From positions 186,001 to 250,000 of the forward strand of contig NMRA01000177.1 of assembly GCA_002633005.1 (NCBI GenBank): 64,000 bases of DNA. Direction: 5' to 3'. Positions 22,714 to 35,100 of this stretch are shown one piece after another (positions within the stretch are counted from its first letter, which is position 1; every line of letters starts with the position of its first letter). A program made the translations under genes and the position numbers. The notes under the pieces were generated by a model that did not search any database, was not told the DNA's origin, and saw only the letters and a program-made list of their open reading frames with translations. Origin of the DNA: Phoronis australis (Eukaryota > Animalia > Phoronida).

Positions 22714-24126
22714 AACGGGAGGCTGGTTTCGACTTAGAAATCGCTGTCGAATGAAGAAGTTTTTAGTGTTTTCAGCACTAACTGAATCTAAAATAATCAA
22801 AACGTGCTTCATTGCAGAATTATCGTTTTATATACCTGGTGAAAGAAACACTTCAACATTTTGTTCTGCGTCCCTTCATCTTCTACAATCACGTTGAGTT
22901 GTTTTTGTGCGTTCGCTGTACTCTCAAAAGCAACTTAAAATATTTTTTATGAATAGTTTAAAAATTACATCTAATAGAGTAGAATTTTTTTATTTTTTGA
23001 AAATTTCGGACACCATTTTGTTATCAATTGATTCTTTAAAATTTCGTGTTACCCTGATATTTCTGTTTGATAGAGTATTAGTCATGTGACCAGACAAGAT
23101 GTCTGCGCCCATATTGTCACAAGCACTCTCAGACATAAGCCGCTCGATTGAGGTTTCCTTTCTGCGTTTTGGTAATTGTCTCGAAATTTGTCCTCTCGTG
23201 GGTTAGTCATCAGTCACCTTTCAAGAAGCCAAATTCTCGACCATCATCTCTTTTGAATTGGTTGATCATTTTTTCAAATATTTGAAGTTAAAAAAACGAA
23301 GACGAAGTCTAAGACTGACGGTGAACCAGGTGAGAGTCAAGTCGGGCAAGCCTTCAGCATGTTCAAACATAGTTGCATGAGTTGATCGATATCACCAGAG
23401 TTCAATAAATTGAAAAGACCAAAGTTAATTATGTTTGCTGGTGCATCTGTAACCTACTAGTTTAGCAGCATCTAGACGTCTGCATTTTCCGTTCCGCATA
23501 CCAGGCATACATCGCTGTGTGTACTTTCAGTATCTATAATGTTGTAAAATCACAGTCAGACGTGTAATACAGCCAGCACTTTCACTCATAGTCACCAGAA
23601 CATTAATAAAGTGTCAAGAACCAACTGCACGTAGGGTGAGTGAGTCTGAAAAAATATGTAAGTTCAAAAATCTCAATCATGAATAACAATTATTTTGCAA
23701 CAAAAGTGAGTACATACCTATAATGAGAAGTGAAAATTTTGACAAATTAAGTATTTGAAAATATTTTACTTATCTAACAACCCATCTCAGAGAAATGAGG
23801 GTTGGGCAAGGATAAACAACATTTTCAGAAAATGAAGATACAGTAAAATCTCAAAATTTCGCACACCAATAATTTCCAAAATAGCACCTAGTTTTTTCAA
23901 TTTTCGCGGACATCTTACATTGTTGTAAATACCTACAAATTTTCAAAAATATCTTTTGGTAGCTACAGCACAGAAATTGGATATACCAAAGCATCATTTT
24001 AGTACTGTATATCATGTATTAAAATTATAATGTCTTTGTGATCAAAGTAGTGTGTCTTAAATTGGTGAAATTTTACCGTTATGTTTAAGGACAGTCTAAT
24101 CATTTGTAATTATCTTACAGGTCACA

Positions 24127-25692
24127 ATGGAAGTAGGAAGGGTAAGCATAGACTGTGCTTGGACACAGTTGAAATCACATGTTGGAAATCAAGAGACATT
24201 TGTAGCCGAGGCTAAGCGACTCAGTGAGAACCACTGTAGCCTGGATGTTATAAAATATGCTCTGTCTAAACTGGAATCAAAAGTTGTGTCTCTGGAGGAT
24301 GTTGACATGTTGCACCACCTTCTGGATGTCTTGGACACTGATTGGTGTTTTAAAACAGAAAAAGACTACGACTTAAAAATTCTGTGCAAACTTGTATCCT
24401 TGTCAGTGCAATATGGTTCTGTACCTTCGTTTGAGGGAAGAGAGGATCATAGTTACAGCGTTGAAGATTTCCAGTTTGTGGCAGAAAGAGCTTTGGTTTC
24501 CATGCAACTTATCATAAAACTCTGTCAAATTTATGTCACCAAAAAGGTAATAAAACCCCGTGGGCGAACAAATGAAATTGGCAGCAAACAGGTATCCCCA
24601 ATGACCAGTGATTGGTTGGATTCTAACATTAGCAATATTTTAATCGTGTGTATCTGTCACCAGAAATCCAACATGTGGACCAGTCTGCAGTCGGAGGAAA
24701 GTTCCAAAGAATTGCTTAACACACTGAACACTGTTTACCATGTGGCAGACATTAAAGAGCTGCTGTTCGGCAACAGCCATCTAACTGAAGGACTTCTCAA
24801 AAAAATTCTGCTACACTTTCAAGCTACCCTGACTCGCAACACCTGGTCACATCACCCGGGAATGTGGTCCGTCTATGAGTGGTGCTTGGAACATACTAAG
24901 TTTCCCAACTTGAGTGGACATTTGGAGCAATTTCTGCCACCAGCTCTGCTGTTTGTTGATGACTACAAAACCAACAGTAAGGTGCGGGGAGTTGGTTCTT
25001 TACAGCACATCATTGATAACGTCAGTTCCAGCGAGTTGATCAGATACGGTCGAGCACAGGTGATTTACTCGGCACTCAGTCATCTTTTGTACACACAGGA
25101 AGTGGAATTACTCCACGTGTTGCTGCCTTGTTTATTGTCCATTCTGCGGATTATCGAAGCTGTGCCTAGAAACTGTGGCACATCTCGTCAGAAAAGTCGC
25201 TACGACGAGATTTTTTTGCGAGTCTTGTCTAGTATGGAGATGGAAGATAAGATTCGCTTACGTCAAATATACAGCTGTCACCTGATTGGTTTCCTTGAAG
25301 TCATGGGAATATCCATCTTAAAACTGTTCAAACGTCTACTTCGTGTAATTTTTAACTACTTGGAAATCTATGATGGCCCAAAAGAACATTCAAGGCTGAA
25401 CATATTGATCTGTCTCAGAACTGTTATTGTTACGGCCTGGGTCCGAATTCCGGACCACTGCGAGGACATCTTCAGAGGATTGTTCAAACTTGTCTATGAC
25501 CTATCTATTGATGAAACTACAACCCCAAAAGAGACCAAGAAGAGTCTGCTGAATGCATCAGTTGAGTGTATGGTGCTGGTCAAGCTTGCCTGTGGGTATA
25601 AAATGGACTTGATCTTGACTCAGATGATGGAAGTCCAAGAACTCAATAGTGTTTGTGAGGAATGTTTGCAGAAAGTGATTGATGCAATATAA
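24127..25692 (+). CDS. TTI2: TELO2-interacting protein 2 (TTT complex subunit)
   Basis: 521-aa ORF with LPPALLFVDDYKTNSKVRGVGSLQHIIDNV..ELIRYGRAQVIYSALSHLLY and YLEIYDGP...AWVRI, matching recalled TTI2 motifs. Preceded by acceptor TTACAG| at 24120; upstream exon at about 23090-23329. Confidence 0.88.
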   Translation: MEVGRVSIDCAWTQLKSHVGNQETFVAEAKRLSENHCSLDVIKYALSKLESKVVSLEDVDMLHHLLDVLDTDWCFKTEKDYDLKILCKLVSLSVQYGSVPSFEGREDHSYSVEDFQFVAERALVSMQLIIKLCQIYVTKKVIKPRGRTNEIGSKQVSPMTSDWLDSNISNILIVCICHQKSNMWTSLQSEESSKELLNTLNTVYHVADIKELLFGNSHLTEGLLKKILLHFQATLTRNTWSHHPGMWSVYEWCLEHTKFPNLSGHLEQFLPPALLFVDDYKTNSKVRGVGSLQHIIDNVSSSELIRYGRAQVIYSALSHLLYTQEVELLHVLLPCLLSILRIIEAVPRNCGTSRQKSRYDEIFLRVLSSMEMEDKIRLRQIYSCHLIGFLEVMGISILKLFKRLLRVIFNYLEIYDGPKEHSRLNILICLRTVIVTAWVRIPDHCEDIFRGLFKLVYDLSIDETTTPKETKKSLLNASVECMVLVKLACGYKMDLILTQMMEVQELNSVCEECLQKVIDAI

Positions 25693-27086
25693 ACTAAGAG
25701 GAGCTACAGGACTTTGCTGAATATGTACCATGAACAGTCTTTGGAAAAATAGACTTACATATACCCATCTACCCACAAAAAAGTTTCTCATCTATACCAA
25801 CATCCCAAATTCCATTAGTACATGTGGGCTTTTCGTTGGGGAGGCTTATACTCAGGTGATCCTGAACCTCACATTCATGCATAATTCCATGTGTTTGTAT
25901 CACATATTCACTCAATACATGCGGTAAGGTTAATATGTTTTCGTTGGCAGTTTTGTGCTAAGGGAGCATTCACATATTATGTCGTCCAAAATTTGCAGCC
26001 TCTAATTATATCTAGGAAGTGATGGAGTGGGTTTGTCGTTTGTCTGCCTATATGTTCATAAGATAATTCTGGCGAAATCATGAACACATCTGTGATGCGT
26101 AAAACAGCGGGTCCTGGGTTTGGAGTTGGTCACTTCCACTTGAAGGTGAACCAGTTTCCCAACTATGTGTATTGTGATGGAGATATTCTAATAAAAAGCA
26201 TGACGACGTCACCGTGAGTCTAAACTCCCCTCTCCGTCATCAGTCGTCATCTCTTCCAAATCTTCTTCCCTTGAGTGATTACATAACACATGAACGCTTC
26301 CAAACGCGAGAATCACTCAGACGGTGAATTTGCAGTACAAGACAAAATAAAATACCATTTCCACATCGTGACAAATAATAATGCTAATAGCAAAAATGGT
26401 TGGTTTTAACTTAGGGAACAAAATTCTAGTTGCAGAATGCCTTTGTCACACAACTATACCTTTCCTACTCTAATGGTGAATTCAGGCTCCCCCTGCTGTC
26501 ACGATGAGGAACTACAAGTCATTTTGTCTGATAACCTTTGGCTTGTTCTGTATACAATATGGCGGACAGGTGACAAGAATAAGTTTTTAGAAAAATTTAC
26601 TTTGCTTTTAGCACAATTTGTATGATGTAACTATTAGCAACGAACACTTGGTAATTTTTTAGCGCTTACAACAATGTGGTAAGAATAGAAATATGGCAGT
26701 GAGGGATCATTTTTGTCCCAAATTGAAGAATTTTTTATCGTGCTCTGAAGTGTCAGTAACTATTGAATCAAGTCCGACACAGAAAGAATGATACAATACA
26801 CATCTAAGGATAATTTTGGTGGTTGTCTTCCTGGTGATGGCAGTGTTGCTCACTGTGCGGCTTGTTCCAATAAGAAATTGTTGTCAGTTTGAAAACATCA
26901 CAGTGCAGCATTTACCATGTACGGCACAGTTCCACAAAAACATAATTAAATGATTCCAAGAAAGTGTCATTTAAATTGTTTTTATTTAATAATCAATACA
27001 ATCAACTTTTCAAATATATATTAATTTGTATCATAACACAACTGGAAGTCACGTCACTACAAACCATCCACAACTATAACATGCCA

Positions 27087-27349
27087 AGAGTCTGTGTCAT
27101 GAAAAGTGATTCCAGACTAAAGTCAGAAATTTGGTCTCGTAGTTACTTCGCAATTACTGAACGAGGGTTTAGCCACGTAATTATTAATACTGGTACATAA
27201 CAGTCTAAAAATAATTCACACTAACTAGCAGTTGTGCATATATTCTTTGTACTTTTGCTGAAGTGAGATTAAATTATTCTTCAGGAATAATTGTGTGCAA
27301 GACCAAACTTCTGACTAAGTTTCGAGTCAATTTTTATCTGACAGGCTCT
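27087..27349. mobile_element. MITE (about 50-bp imperfect TIRs)
   Basis: AGAGTCTGTGTCATGAAAAGTGATTCCAGACTAAAGTCAGAAATTTGGTCT vs the revcomp of the right end. A related copy at 30112-30393 shares TAACTAGCAGTTGTGC. Confidence 0.55.
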
Positions 27350-30111
27350 CGGAAAGCATAATTCACAAATACACCATTTTTGGTGATACGGCACCCTAAT
27401 CAACTGTACGCGCGGACACCAACATAGTCCTGTTATCCAGAACACCCAGACACACATAATCCTTCATGGATACTGAACGCAGTGAATTTGGGAGAAATTT
27501 TGGTTCAGTTTTAAGCGACAGGAGCTGGACTATGAAAGGGCCTCCATTTTGAATGGCATGCAAATTCCAGAATTAATTACAAGTGAATTTCCCGCAAGTT
27601 CAAACTCGAACAATTAGTTTGTAACTCATTGTCTAACCGCTCGTGGCATAATAACCTGCAACAGCGACAAGTTAAGACCGCTTATAAAGAATGCTACGTG
27701 TACCGCAAGGATCAGAATACCTCTGCTGTGGAAGAAAATCGCTAAGACCTTATCCCTCACACGACTGACATGTAACACAGCTCATTTTACTTAGAAAGCA
27801 GGGAAGATAAAATAATATATAACAATCTACACATCATATATAAACCTTAATCTACTACATCGCCATTTCAGGCAGGAAATAACTTCATGGTCACAGAAAT
27901 GCTGTAAATTTTCTGCTAGTTTTGAATTTGCTGGAGCTTGTACCAAAACAGTGCTTTTTATAAACAGTGTTCTTCCCGTAGGAGTTCCTAACTTCCCATC
28001 CAAAGCATGATTTTCAACAGTTTTCCAACAGATGTCACCACCAATGACACCGTCAATTCAATCAATTCTAATTTCAGAGGTTATTTTCCCAGAATGCCTC
28101 TGTGGTCAGATTGAATCTACAAGTAAAGGCAGAGGGCATATTGAATAATACTAGTCACTTGCAAGATGCCTGTGGTGCGATAATTTGGTGTATACATGAG
28201 AAGTACAAGCCCTGCACGTTTCTGAACTACTGACTCCCACAACTCAACACACCACAACTTCCCCCATCGCTCTCAGTGGCAGCCATTTTGTTGGAGTTTC
28301 AGTGGTAAGGTCAGCTGCTTACTCTATAAACAGAGCTGAGATCCTGTGGTGCTCAAAGGTTATGTAGGACCCTATACCAATGTCCAAATTTGGTCAACTT
28401 AGGAATATCATATTTCGAAAAAGGCCCATCAAATTCGTATAAAATTCCAAATACTACGCTTTATGTGCAACTCTCAAATGCTCTTTCAGAAATTGTTTTT
28501 AAAATGTTCCACTTTTGCATGAGGAGATATCAAATTATAGGACTTCCATCATTTTCATGAAAAAACATCGAAAGTAGCATAAAACGAAATGATACTTCTC
28601 ATCTTGAACATTTATATCAAAAAATGATACCATATTAACGATACTGTTGCTTGCTACCAATGTACCTTTCTTTTTCCTAAATCTTACTAAAAGACATGGT
28701 TAAAATCTACAGTTCTGTCTAAATGTGGTTAAAGACACAGACCTGTCAATAGGGCCCTACACAACCTTAACAAAATCCAGTGTTAGTTCTTACAAATAAC
28801 GAGCGTTATTAAATGTACCCCTGGGTAAGCGACAGTCCTAAGTATATGCTGTTAATACAGTCCACAAGCTTAACATGCTAATGCGATAACGCAACATATC
28901 AATGACAACATCAACCGATTTACACACTACTGCTCACCCGAGCTCATTACAACCCGATGTGCCCGAGTGATCGGACTATATTCGCTTTATTACATGGTCA
29001 ATGGGGCTTCTTCCCAGTCGGGCCTCCCTCTAATCTTTATACTAGAAATCGACATTATTTTTGCCATTTTCTATTCTACTTCAGCGCAAATTCAAGATAA
29101 ATGTGTATTATTGCATGTTCTAGTACATTATGGTTTATGCGCATGAATTTCTAGTCAGAGTTAGTACTCGATGGCCTCGTGTTGAAATGCAAAATTTCCA
29201 GTTCAGACTCTAACCTCCAACACAAATGATGGAGACAGTAAAGGTATATTTGCATGCTCCTCACTATGCTAATGTATAGCAGTAACTGAACGGCAATGCT
29301 ATTTGAACATTGTCTATGCTAAACAAAGTGCAGTGTATTCACTGACAACCTGTAAATGTGACGTACCTCACGGGCTCACATAACCCGCATCACACAGTGC
29401 TATTCCCCAAGACCACGTCACGATACTTACTAGACACGGTTGAGTGATTTACGACGGACCATTTTCGATACAAACCTCGTTCTTAAAAACATTTGGCAAT
29501 TTCAACCGACTTCGTATTCACAATCGTTGCTACATGTGGTGTTTCTAACTCATTTGACCGAGCAATCACAGACACAAGGAATTAGCGTGAAAACTAGGAT
29601 TAGCCAGTTATCAAAGCAGGCCATTATGTCCTTGAACACAGACAAAAAAAACACTTATCTTGAGCTCGCATAAAAATAAAGTAGCAAATGCCAAAAATAG
29701 GTTCGATTTTGAGTAAAAAAGAATAGGCTCAGGTGTCTTTTGCTGATTGGTTGTTCTACATAATTTGCTCATTACTTTTGTTAATGCAGTCATCCCTTCA
29801 TAGTTTTAGCTGCGTGTGATTGGTCAGATAGTGAATAGCGACTTACGACACTCATGCAGCTTGTATAACAAGTGATATTACACGGCTAGTCTCGCAACAT
29901 TGCCTACGCCCTACACCTAGCATTCGCTGCTAAATAGAGTGTGCTCTTAGCTGTAATTTCTAGCTGCCCATTCTTACGTTCTAAGGTAAATACTCAGATC
30001 ATTAACTTAGCTGCTTGAAATGACGAAGAAAGCATCAAAAAAACCTCAATCAATATCATCAGTCAGTAACATATAAATTCGCATATTATTAATTTATTCT
30101 CTGGTCTGTGC

Positions 30112-30393
30112 AGGTCTGTTTCATGAAAGTGACTTAAAACCTCAGACAGCAATTCAGTCTTACGCTCCCACATTTCAACAGCTGAAAAGGTATTAAAGTT
30201 GCGTAACTGTCAGCACATCACAGCCTAGAAATTATTTATAGAAATTACCTCAGTCAGTAACTAGCAGTTGTGCGTTTATTCTCAGTGACTGTGGTCAGTG
30301 AGATTTGATTATTTTTTTTCCGAAAATTTTGTTTGGAACATGAAATTAAATTTCTGTCTGGAATCTCAAGTTACTTGTCATGAAACAGATCCT
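30112..30393. mobile_element. MITE, same family as 27087-27349
   Basis: AGGTCTGTTTCATGAAAGTGACTT ... AAGTTACTTGTCATGAAACAGATCCT inverted termini. Confidence 0.55.
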
Positions 30394-30935
30394 TGGATTT
30401 GTTTTGAAACCTACACCTAAAAGCTAGCATCAGGTGGTGGTGAGAGAAAAGGAACGATTCCCATCCCATTTCAGTCAGTATCAGGTTGACTTTTTTGAAA
30501 ATATGGAGGACTAAAAATACTGCATCAAGTCAACGATTAAGAAACAAAACAAGGACCAATTATGCTATTTTTGGTTTAATCCAAATATTACATAATCAAT
30601 CAGAGGGATTCAGTCAATCAAAGGATCAAACAACCCGTACATGCAATCCACCGTCGACACTGTCCTTGGGTCTTCCATTAATGATAAACCCTTTTCGAAA
30701 GCAAGCCAATATAAGTAAACATTTATTGCACACCTCTATAGATTGTTGCAAAACACCCGACCAACATAAAATGATAATGCAACACCTCTACTCTAATAAA
30801 CCATACGAATAAGTTGTATGCTATCAGTAGACAACTAAGCAAAAACTAAAAGCTAACACATGAACCCAACTGGTCACCATTACAAAAGTGGTCTTGAACT
30901 TCCTCACTAAGATTAGGAACGATTTCTATACTTCA

Positions 30936-31362
30936 GTGCTCCGTTGCATGAAACAGTATCAAATGGGACTAAAGTAGTTTCTTAAATCCACTGCGTATTT
31001 GTGGGTCTGTAAAAACACCGACTGTCCTTTCTTATGCTGTTTTCTTCTTGTTACTAAGTCAATTTTTGGCTTCGATAAAAATTGAGAGTGAACTCTACGT
31101 TGAATTCTCATTATTATTGAAAATAAGTAGGGATCTTTTCATGTAATGCCACTAATTTAAGGACTAAGTTCCTGGCTGTTTTTACTGAATTAATGTCTGC
31201 TTTTGTTATATGATAAGAAAATGCCATAAGTCAAAGAGCTCACAATAATGATAAAATGATAGAAAAAGATTATATCTGTGCCTACAGAATGAAACAAATA
31301 CGGAAAAGATTTAGAGAACTTGGATGAGTTCCTATTTGGGACTGTTTCATGCAACTGGGCAC
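30936..31362. mobile_element. PIF/Harbinger-like MITE
   Basis: GTGCTCCGTTGCATGAAACAGT ... ACTGTTTCATGCAACTGGGCAC termini with TCA/TAA flanks; family of 9928-11021. Confidence 0.6.
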
Positions 31363-32180
31363 TAAAGAACTGATGGTTCATTCTTGTTCAATGCCATCAC
31401 CTGCACATCCAATGACTTATTTGATCAAGGAAACTTAGAGAGCATGGTCTAAAACAACGACTAACTGTTGGCTCTTAAAACCTAAAAATTGCTTAAAATA
31501 AGAGTGTAAGACCAGACCAGTTTCATAGCCATAAGTTGTCTAAATCCCAAGTCATTTTGGCAGAAGGTGGATGGTAAGCAGCTTCAACTCAAGGTATATA
31601 TTTCACATGCTAAAGAAAAGCAATAAGTAGAACATTGCAGTCAGCCCTGTGCTTTAATAGCCAAGACCAGCTCCCCTTAGTGGAGTCACTCCTACACATT
31701 TCAAAGCTACTTCATGACCAGTCCTTCTGCATCAGTCTGCCCAACTTCATTTGGGTTTCCATAGCAATCTGTAGTAACAGGACAGTAGTACTGACGATGG
31801 TACAAATAATGTATAATTGCCATCTTGGTTATTGGAAAACCTGAACTTGGCGACCTGTAATGTAAACATGGCATGGTCAAACCAGAAAGTTCTGAGAAAG
31901 TGTGCTCAATAGATGGCACTTGGGTCAACACGTCTGCTTTTCTTTAAAACTAAATGGCACATGGCGAAAGGCAAAACGTTAAAAATCATTTTAGTCTTCA
32001 CATCAAAGTTGACTTTACTCCCCATGAAACACACAAAGCAAGAAAGGCGTCGCCAAAAATCCAGATTGCAAGCTAGAATTAGTACATGAAACACGAGCAC
32101 TTTTAAGTCAAGGTTTCTTTTCCAAATATCAATATTTTCAACAGACCACTTTAAGAGTGGTTCAACACACAACAGCTGAC

Positions 32181-35100
32181 CTAGTCGCTTTCCTTTCTCT
32201 CTTGCATAATCTCATCCAGACAGTCCAACATGAAGTTAAACTGAAAATGGAAAAATGTATACACGGTATGACAACATCTCACCAATTTTGAACGAAAAAT
32301 AACGGCACTAGTCGGACATAATGGGCCCTGATTCAGAGAACCAGGCAATCACTGAATAACGCCCATGTTATTTACTGGATGAAACTGGCTCTCTAAACCA
32401 GGGCGCATTATATCAAACTAGTGCCAAAATAATTCCCACAATGCCATTTTCGTCATTTTTCAACGTCCGTCTAACATTGTTATAAATGCCTGCAGTTTTT
32501 TAAAAATATACTGGTAGGTAAGGCACAGTACTTGAACATAACAAAGCATTAATTTGACAAATACAAATCTTCAGATGACAAAAAAATACAAAACAGAAAT
32601 TCACATTTCACCATACCTTAAACAATGTACATAAAGTATTTAGACCCACGTGCCTACAACCATTTTATCACTAAAATGATGTAGGTCAACAAAATGCTTC
32701 ACAAAGACGAATATCCACTGTTTCACCTTGACATGTGGGTGGCTAACAAGTGTATATGCTCACGTCTTAAACTGACTTTTGTCCATACTTTTCAAAATAT
32801 TAATTATTTCAAAAATGGTTAATATTCAACAGAATACGCATGAACACCTATACCCTTGATGCGAATAAGTCAAGCTTCACACGTGCTATTTTCAACTGTT
32901 GCTCTTTAGTTTTTGCTTTGTTAGCGCCTGTGCCTAATTCCGCATATAGGCATACCCTTACATACAGACGCTCGAGTCCTTTTAATACACACTGATATGG
33001 GAATGCGGTACGGCACATAATTTCACAAACACTCCAGGTGGCCTAGTCAATAAGTGGTGTTCAAAGTTAAAGCTGTACACACGCAAGCACGCACGCAAAC
33101 ACACACACACACACACACGAACGCATAATAAAAAGCATTTTCAATCACATACAACAATTTAAAAATAACATTGCCTGTGAATGATTACTTGACTAACATA
33201 GATCTGTATGATGCGTATGTAAAATAGGAGTTGTTTGAGGCATAAAAGGGAATGGGTCTATTAGTCTAAACTGAGATATGTTTGACAAAGACACTCACGT
33301 GAGTTGAGAAGATCCTCACCCACCGGGGATTGCGTCCCTCCCTCTCATACTCAAAGTTGAACGACATGCCCTCCTCGTCAGTATCCCACTGAGTTATGCT
33401 GTCCAATGGGAAGTCAATCACCTGGGTCTGAAAGGGGAAATAACAAAATATTAATAATGCTATCCAATGGGAAGTCACATTCACTCAGACGACATGGGAG
33501 ATAACACAAAATAAAAGTCAGAAACTCCAAATTTGACTGAAACCCATATTATTGATTACAGCCATCACGTATAGACTAATTGTACTGTAAACTTGACAGA
33601 CTTCACTCAAATCTGTCAAATTTAGAGGAGGATCTTCTTGCCTGGATAATGTGGCAGATCAGTCCAACTTTAGTCGCAATAAAATCATCAGTTTTGTTGA
33701 ACTTAAGTCTTACGCCTAGCAACTACTTAATAGTTTGTTACGAATGAACATGCACAGCAAGTGGTCACGATTTCAAAAAAGCGTAGACCAGTACCTATCG
33801 AGATTTTGTCAAGATTTAGCCAGAATTGACACGGGCTCCAGTCGAACAGAAATGTAAGTTTAGGAACACTTTTTGCATCAAATCTTTGGCGAATTTTGAT
33901 GTTTATTTTGAAAACTGTTGTGATAACCTGTGATGTTGTAAATCCCAATTCTGAGTGTGTCGAATTTTTTGTACCTTACTATTTAAAATATGTCTTGTTA
34001 AAAATATGTTTTGTTAAACAACACATTTTATTTGCACTTAACACCCTTATTGGACAGCCTCACTTGACTGGAATGCTGTATTTTACTTAATGTCATACTG
34101 GATAATAGAATATCCCAGTTATTGTCATAAAACCATCATTTCCCATTAAATCCATGTAAAATAGTCCAAATACTGTTATGATTAATTGTCCTATTCCCCA
34201 ATATTGCCATTAAAAAATAGCAATATTAATTCTCACCTGTTCATTAGCATGTGCACCTTTGCTTTTTTGTCTAAATACTAACTTAGTTCATCTTAAATTC
34301 ACTTGCCTCATCAGACCTCAGCGTTGGGGGTAAAAATCCGTCGCTTCCTGTTTGTCTTACTCCAAGTCTCTCCAATCAACATGATTAACTTATACGAGTT
34401 GTTGTGATCCGAAAAGTTGAAACCCGCTTGATGGAATATACCGCTTATCGTCATAATTTACATTGAACCCGAGGGTATGACATTAAGTGGGCTACACTGT
34501 ACTCCGTTTATTGTATGATAAGCAAAATATTACAGTACAGGCACGCTACATGGCAATGTCACCACAGTAGCGCTCTGTTTCCTCATTGCGTCAACATCAA
34601 GTTTTGGGTTCAAGTTTTTCAAGTGCTGTCCAGTTACTATGACTATTATCTTGGGACACCCTCTTTCAAGCAATGGTGAATGACTAAGTTTTGATTTTAT
34701 TTTGCAATCATCACAAAAATCAAGTCTTGAAATAAGGCAGCTGAACACCTCTTGGTTGCCCTATGGCCGGAATGGAGCTCATATGTGACGTATTTGCCTT
34801 AATAAACAGCTTCATTCTTACTTTATCTATAAAAGTCGGGTGGATGTAGCGCTATACAACCAGACACATAACATCCATACCTCCATTGTTCCGTCCTCTT
34901 TGCAGGCCAGCAGTTTGAACGAGCCGATACCAAATGAGGCCACCACATGTCCCCCTTTTCTGGCATCGCATGCACAGTGGGGGAATGTGATGGAGCCATA
35001 GCCATCAAGGTGTCTCACAATCTTCAGATACTACAAAATAAAAGTACTTTAGAGATCACAAAAATTTGTATGATGTAAACAAACGAGTCTTTTGGACATG

